Source: Candidatus Methanomethylicia archaeon
GTDB lineage: Archaea > Thermoproteota > Methanomethylicia > Culexarchaeales > Culexarchaeaceae
Assembly (NCBI GenBank): GCA_038727515.1
Contig: JAVYVS010000001.1
Span: 288,001 to 352,000, forward strand
Direction of reading: 5' to 3'
DNA: 64,000 nt
Part shown: positions 59,814 to 64,000 of the stretch, in pieces
Layout: every line of letters begins with the position of its first letter
Position numbering within the stretch: the stretch's first letter is position 1
Made by a program: the position numbers and the translations under genes
Notes under the pieces: generated by a model
Databases searched by the model: none
The model's input: the letters and a program-made list of their open reading frames with translations, nothing else
Told to the model about the DNA's origin: nothing

Positions 59814-61631
59814 ATGAATAACATGATGAAAAATATTAATGAAATTCTAGAGGAAGAATACTCAATACAAGAGCTAATGGAATTTCTAACAAAACTAAGT
59901 TATTACCATAGAATTCAGGGAAGTGATGGAATAGAAGAAGCTGGAGAATACATAAAAACGGCATTAATAGAGAGGAGTGGAAGAAATATTGAATTAAAAA
60001 GATATAGTTATAGTGTACCCTATGGATCATATGATCCAGTTACTGGATGGAAAGTGAAGGATGGAGAATTAAGATTGATAAAACCAAAAGAAGAATTATT
60101 ACATACATTTAAAAATTCCAGAACCTTAGTGATGGCACATAGCCCAGGTGGAGTAGTAGAAGCAGAAGTTGTACACGTTGGAAATGGAGTAGATCCATCA
60201 AATTATGATAAAATTGATGTAAAGGGTAAAATAGTATTGGCATATGGTTATGGTGGCATAGTATATAGGAATGCAGAATTGAAAGGTGCATGTGGATTAC
60301 TTGTTTATAGGAGAAGTGGAACTGAAGACTCAGTTCCATATATGGGATTATTTCTAACACCTGAAGAAGCAAAGGAAGCTAGAATACCTGCAGTAACAGT
60401 TTCAAGAGCTACAGCCAATAGATTAATACAATTAATTGAGAGAGGAGAAAAACCAGTTGTAAGAATATCTGTTGAAGCTGAATATAGAAGTGAAGCTTGG
60501 ATTCCAGTTGTGACAATGAGCATTGGAGGTGGAAGTGGAGAAATCCATTTAACAGCACATTATTGTCATCCAGCTGGAACGGTAAATGATAATGTTAGTG
60601 GTTCAGCAGCATTAATGGAATTAGCTTTAACCTTTAATAGAGCTATAGAGAAAAAATTGATTGAAGAACCAGATAAACATATCATAAAATTCATTTGGAT
60701 ACCTGAATATGCAGGATCACTAGCATATATGTTGAATGAAAAACCAACGGTAGTATTCAATATAAATTTGGATATGATTGGAGAAAAACAGGAATTAACT
60801 GGATCAACAATAAACTTTGTTAGATCACCACCAAAAATATACCATCCATATGAAGCTGTAGCATACTATACATTTAGAAGAGCATTATCATTAAGTGAAG
60901 AGATAGGATCTCATAGAAGAGCATTATCATATAAATTCGATTTAACACCATATCAAACTGGAAGCGACCATGATGTATACATACAATTGGAGATACCAGC
61001 CATAATGATATTACAATGGCCAGATTTATATTACCATAGCGATCAAGATACAGTAGATAAATTTGATCCAAAAATAGCAAAGCGAATAGCAGTAGCAGCT
61101 GGAGAAACAGCATATAAAATAGCTAAAAGGGGTTTTGAAGATGAAATAAAAATTTATGCTAAAGCATACTTCCATGAATACATTGCAAATGAAATGATAT
61201 ATACCAATAAAGAGTATCTAGACGAAAGATATAGGTACCTAATTAAGACAATTGGGGAGAAAACACTACAAATAGTTAAAGATGAATATTTAGAAAAACT
61301 ACTCAGAGAAATCGAATTGGAGGGGGAGGAAATGGTTGAAGGAGAAAAATATGTGTATAAAGGTCCTGTGGGAATACTGTCTACAAGAAGAATATATAGA
61401 GCAATTGGATGGAATAAATACATTGAACTAGAAAAGCAATTTGAAAGAATGCCACTACTATCAAGGATTATGGGAACAGTAATCCCATTATATATGAGGA
61501 AACCCATGAGCATAAATGAATTGCAAAAAACAATATTAATGGAGTTTGGAGTTAAAATTGAAAAAGAAAATTTGGAAACAATCCTAAAGATACTTGAAGA
61601 AGCAAAAATTGTAGAAAAATTAAATAAATAA
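59814..61631 (+). CDS. M28-like aminopeptidase with PA domain (DUF4910-like)
   Basis: YHRIQGS, DVKGKIVL (PA domain), AHYCHP, NDNVSG, PE, INLDMIG, GSDH, YYHSDQD. Confidence 0.85.
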   Translation: MNNMMKNINEILEEEYSIQELMEFLTKLSYYHRIQGSDGIEEAGEYIKTALIERSGRNIELKRYSYSVPYGSYDPVTGWKVKDGELRLIKPKEELLHTFKNSRTLVMAHSPGGVVEAEVVHVGNGVDPSNYDKIDVKGKIVLAYGYGGIVYRNAELKGACGLLVYRRSGTEDSVPYMGLFLTPEEAKEARIPAVTVSRATANRLIQLIERGEKPVVRISVEAEYRSEAWIPVVTMSIGGGSGEIHLTAHYCHPAGTVNDNVSGSAALMELALTFNRAIEKKLIEEPDKHIIKFIWIPEYAGSLAYMLNEKPTVVFNINLDMIGEKQELTGSTINFVRSPPKIYHPYEAVAYYTFRRALSLSEEIGSHRRALSYKFDLTPYQTGSDHDVYIQLEIPAIMILQWPDLYYHSDQDTVDKFDPKIAKRIAVAAGETAYKIAKRGFEDEIKIYAKAYFHEYIANEMIYTNKEYLDERYRYLIKTIGEKTLQIVKDEYLEKLLREIELEGEEMVEGEKYVYKGPVGILSTRRIYRAIGWNKYIELEKQFERMPLLSRIMGTVIPLYMRKPMSINELQKTILMEFGVKIEKENLETILKILEEAKIVEKLNK

Positions 61632-61633
61632 AC

Positions 61634-62176
61634 TTATTTTTTGATTTTCAAAAGAGATTCATCCACATATACCCCAAGAATCCTACCGAAATACAATGTA
61701 TGATAATTGCCAGCTGGGTAAATACTTTCTTCAATAGTTTTCTCTAAACTTCCAGGGGTAACTTCAGATTTAAATGAAATCCTACATTCATAATGTATTG
61801 GGCATTGAGCAATATATGGAACGGAAATATTATAACTTGGAACAGCACTTAAACCAAGATCCTTAAATTTATCACGATCTCTACCTGAATAAGTCCCACA
61901 ATACTCCAAAACGTTCTCCATACCATCACTGGGAACATTAACAGTAAATTCCCCACGTTCTTCAAGCAACTTATATGTATACCTAGACTTCCTAACAGCA
62001 ATTACAAAAAACGGTTCCCTCCACATTCTACCAATAAGACCCCAACCAATAGTCATAACATTTGGAATATTGTTCAAACCCATAGAAACTAATAGAAGTC
62101 CACCCTTATTCATTCTACTAATAGTTTCATCAACAAACATATAATAATCCACAGCAACCCTAACCATAAGGGTCAA
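61634..62176 (-). CDS. Flavin reductase-like protein
   Basis: NVMTIGWG, VRKSRYT, EFTVNVP, CGTYSGRD.DKF, HTLYFG. Confidence 0.88.
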   Translation of the reverse strand: MTLMVRVAVDYYMFVDETISRMNKGGLLLVSMGLNNIPNVMTIGWGLIGRMWREPFFVIAVRKSRYTYKLLEERGEFTVNVPSDGMENVLEYCGTYSGRDRDKFKDLGLSAVPSYNISVPYIAQCPIHYECRISFKSEVTPGSLEKTIEESIYPAGNYHTLYFGRILGVYVDESLLKIKK

Positions 62177-62229
62177 AAATAATATAAACTTTAAAGATAA
62201 AACATTTACGAAAAAAAGTTAATTTAAGT

Positions 62230-62901
62230 TTAAGATTTTCTACGTTTATAAACGTCAAACACCACTAGCAATACTGCAACTATCAACAATACGTTTTGAG
62301 GATATTTTGCCAAAAATGCTGCACGTTCAATGGTGAAAATCTGATTAGCATATAATGTTGCACCAAAAGTAGAGCCAAAAGCTAACATCATACTCCACCT
62401 ACCAATCCTAGCTAAACCACCAATCCAACCCTTATGTTCAATGGTAAATGTAAAGTAACTCACTGTAGCAATACAAGCAATTGTAGCAATAATATGATTA
62501 ATCAAATCTATGGTAGACAACCCTGAAAATTTAACACCTAAACCCTCTATTTGCCCTATAATCATAACTGGAATAGCTCTACTCACAGCATAACCAGAAC
62601 CTGCACCAGCAATAGCAGCCATAGCCCATCTACTCAAAAACAAATACTTCTTTGAGTAAATAGTGTATAGAAGTAAACCTAAGATTGCAGGTATTATAAG
62701 CCAAAACTTACCTTGAATTAAAGGTTGTAGCCAAATGCGATTCAAAGTGGATAGAGAAATGTACAATGTATAACCCATGCCAAAACCGACCATAAGAACT
62801 TCAGCAATCCTATAAAATACGTTCTCCCTATATAGTAGACTCCAAGCCATCAAAGTTAATGCACCAACAATAAGTGGAGTAACAAATTCACTCATATTCA
62901 C
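62230..62901 (-). CDS. Component D homolog, copy 2
   Basis: SLLYRENVFYRIAE, YFTFT and GRWSMMLAFGSTFG match 37283-37975. Confidence 0.85.
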   Translation of the reverse strand: MNMSEFVTPLIVGALTLMAWSLLYRENVFYRIAEVLMVGFGMGYTLYISLSTLNRIWLQPLIQGKFWLIIPAILGLLLYTIYSKKYLFLSRWAMAAIAGAGSGYAVSRAIPVMIIGQIEGLGVKFSGLSTIDLINHIIATIACIATVSYFTFTIEHKGWIGGLARIGRWSMMLAFGSTFGATLYANQIFTIERAAFLAKYPQNVLLIVAVLLVVFDVYKRRKS

Positions 62902-63707
62902 CTACCCCCCAACTTCTTCTTTAAATAACCATAATTTGCCACAATAGTCAATATAACACCCAAAGAAACTGTTAGAGATGCAGCATCCATAAAAGCTGTG
63001 GCTTCACCCTTAATACCCATGAGCTGTTCATATTCAGCAGCACCCCTACTACCCCTAATAAGAGAATACAATTGACCAGTATTTATATAGGGCATAACCT
63101 GTGGAACAATATCTGAGGATAAAACGCCAATAATGGTTTCAACTTTTCCGGAAAACTGCCTCATCCATGGATCCACCCAAGTTAGACAAGCGAAAATGTA
63201 CATCTTAAAATCACTAATCGTATTAAAAGCATTCATTATGGGCATATTAACAGTGGGATTACCGTAGTAATCTCTTTCAAACATTTTAGGATTAGATACA
63301 AAAGCAGCCATACCAGTTTCAAAACCTGGAATATAACCTAAAACAACGTAATCAGTACCATAAACAGCACCCTTCAAATCAATTTCTCCAAGAATTCTAT
63401 GAGCAATAGCAGGACCATTGGGATCGAAAGCTATCATAACAATTCTAGCGCGTTTAATGAATAAATGCTGCATAATATCCCTCATAGCTATTCCAAGCTC
63501 AACCCATTCACCTGGAGTAAAATCAAAACTTATCAAGACGAGATCGCCAGGTTTCAAGGATTCAATTGCATAATAAGTCTTATTGGTTAAATAGAATTGT
63601 GGCAATGGTATACCTATAGGTCTAAAAGCTGGTAGAAATGTTAAGAATAATACCACAAGGAAAATTATCTGCCTATCATATTTAGACATAAAGGTGTGCC
63701 AATCCAT
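62898..63707 (-). CDS. Component C homolog, copy 2
   Basis: RPIGIP, YGTDYVVLGYIPGFE, MPYINTGQL, GAAEYE; start MDWHTF at 63707. Confidence 0.85.
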   Translation of the reverse strand: MDWHTFMSKYDRQIIFLVVLFLTFLPAFRPIGIPLPQFYLTNKTYYAIESLKPGDLVLISFDFTPGEWVELGIAMRDIMQHLFIKRARIVMIAFDPNGPAIAHRILGEIDLKGAVYGTDYVVLGYIPGFETGMAAFVSNPKMFERDYYGNPTVNMPIMNAFNTISDFKMYIFACLTWVDPWMRQFSGKVETIIGVLSSDIVPQVMPYINTGQLYSLIRGSRGAAEYEQLMGIKGEATAFMDAASLTVSLGVILTIVANYGYLKKKLGGR

Positions 63708-63711
63708 CCCA

Positions 63712-64000
63712 TCACCCCGTATACGCCCGTTCATAACCCAATAAAACACGAATAGCAATTGCAATAGTCCCCAATGCAACCCCAATTATAACACCTCTAC
63801 TAGCACCCATATTTGGAACGTCAAGTATCCAATTAGCCACAGTTATAGTCTGTGGTATAACAACTTCAAATACTGGTGCATACATCATCATTAAGAATAC
63901 AGCTGCAAATGCAAAGAATGCAGCATCAAGATTCCTAATTCTAAATGCTCGGTATATAGCGGTATAATTGTAGAAGGCTGTAAAACATATTATTGCAATA
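63712..64000 (-). CDS. Component B homolog, copy 2 (partial; absent from the ORF track)
   Basis: Manual translation from 63999: IAIICFTAFYNYTAIYRAFRIRNLDAAFF...NWILDVPNMGASRGVIIGVALGTIAIAIRVLLGYERAYTG*. Confidence 0.85.
   Translation of the reverse strand, partial: IAIICFTAFYNYTAIYRAFRIRNLDAAFFAFAAVFLMMMYAPVFEVVIPQTITVANWILDVPNMGASRGVIIGVALGTIAIAIRVLLGYERAYTG

Noticed and set aside
1-64000. CRISPR array, rRNA or tRNA genes
   Set aside because: No regularly spaced repeats or recognisable RNA gene signatures were seen by eye.

Overview
This AT-rich window comes from a probably thermophilic, anaerobic archaeon. It has archaeal ProRS, rpl35ae, Trm14, SufBC, two-subunit AcnX, single-domain KaiC-like ATPases and GGTGA-type RBSs; a TACK lineage such as Culexarchaeia/Methanomethylicia is my inference. 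Most of the window is housekeeping and peptide/amino-acid catabolism: AOR, C45/M14/M24/M28/DUF885 hydrolases, a HypD-type glycyl radical enzyme with activase, GH4, glyoxylate reductase, creatininase and amidohydrolases. A decaying accessory region at about 8.3-18.6 kb holds vapBC modules, frameshifted or truncated genes, a PH-domain/Zn-ribbon pair, a GC-rich ncRNA candidate and an orphan radical SAM gene. The best candidate for an undescribed system is a tightly linked four-gene membrane operon (a DUF6754-like protein plus three partners, 37283-40231). A diverged second copy lies at 62230-64000, cut by the window edge. Both copies sit among apparently cytoplasmic hydrolases, and the complete copy has no ATPase. 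Other notable items are a rpl35ae::DUF885 chimeric recombination scar, an M24 protein missing metal ligands, a probably inactive amidohydrolase paralog and a strand-asymmetry switch near 19.3 kb. I saw no rRNA, tRNA, CRISPR array, integrase or transposase. All family calls come from motif recognition by eye; no database search was run.
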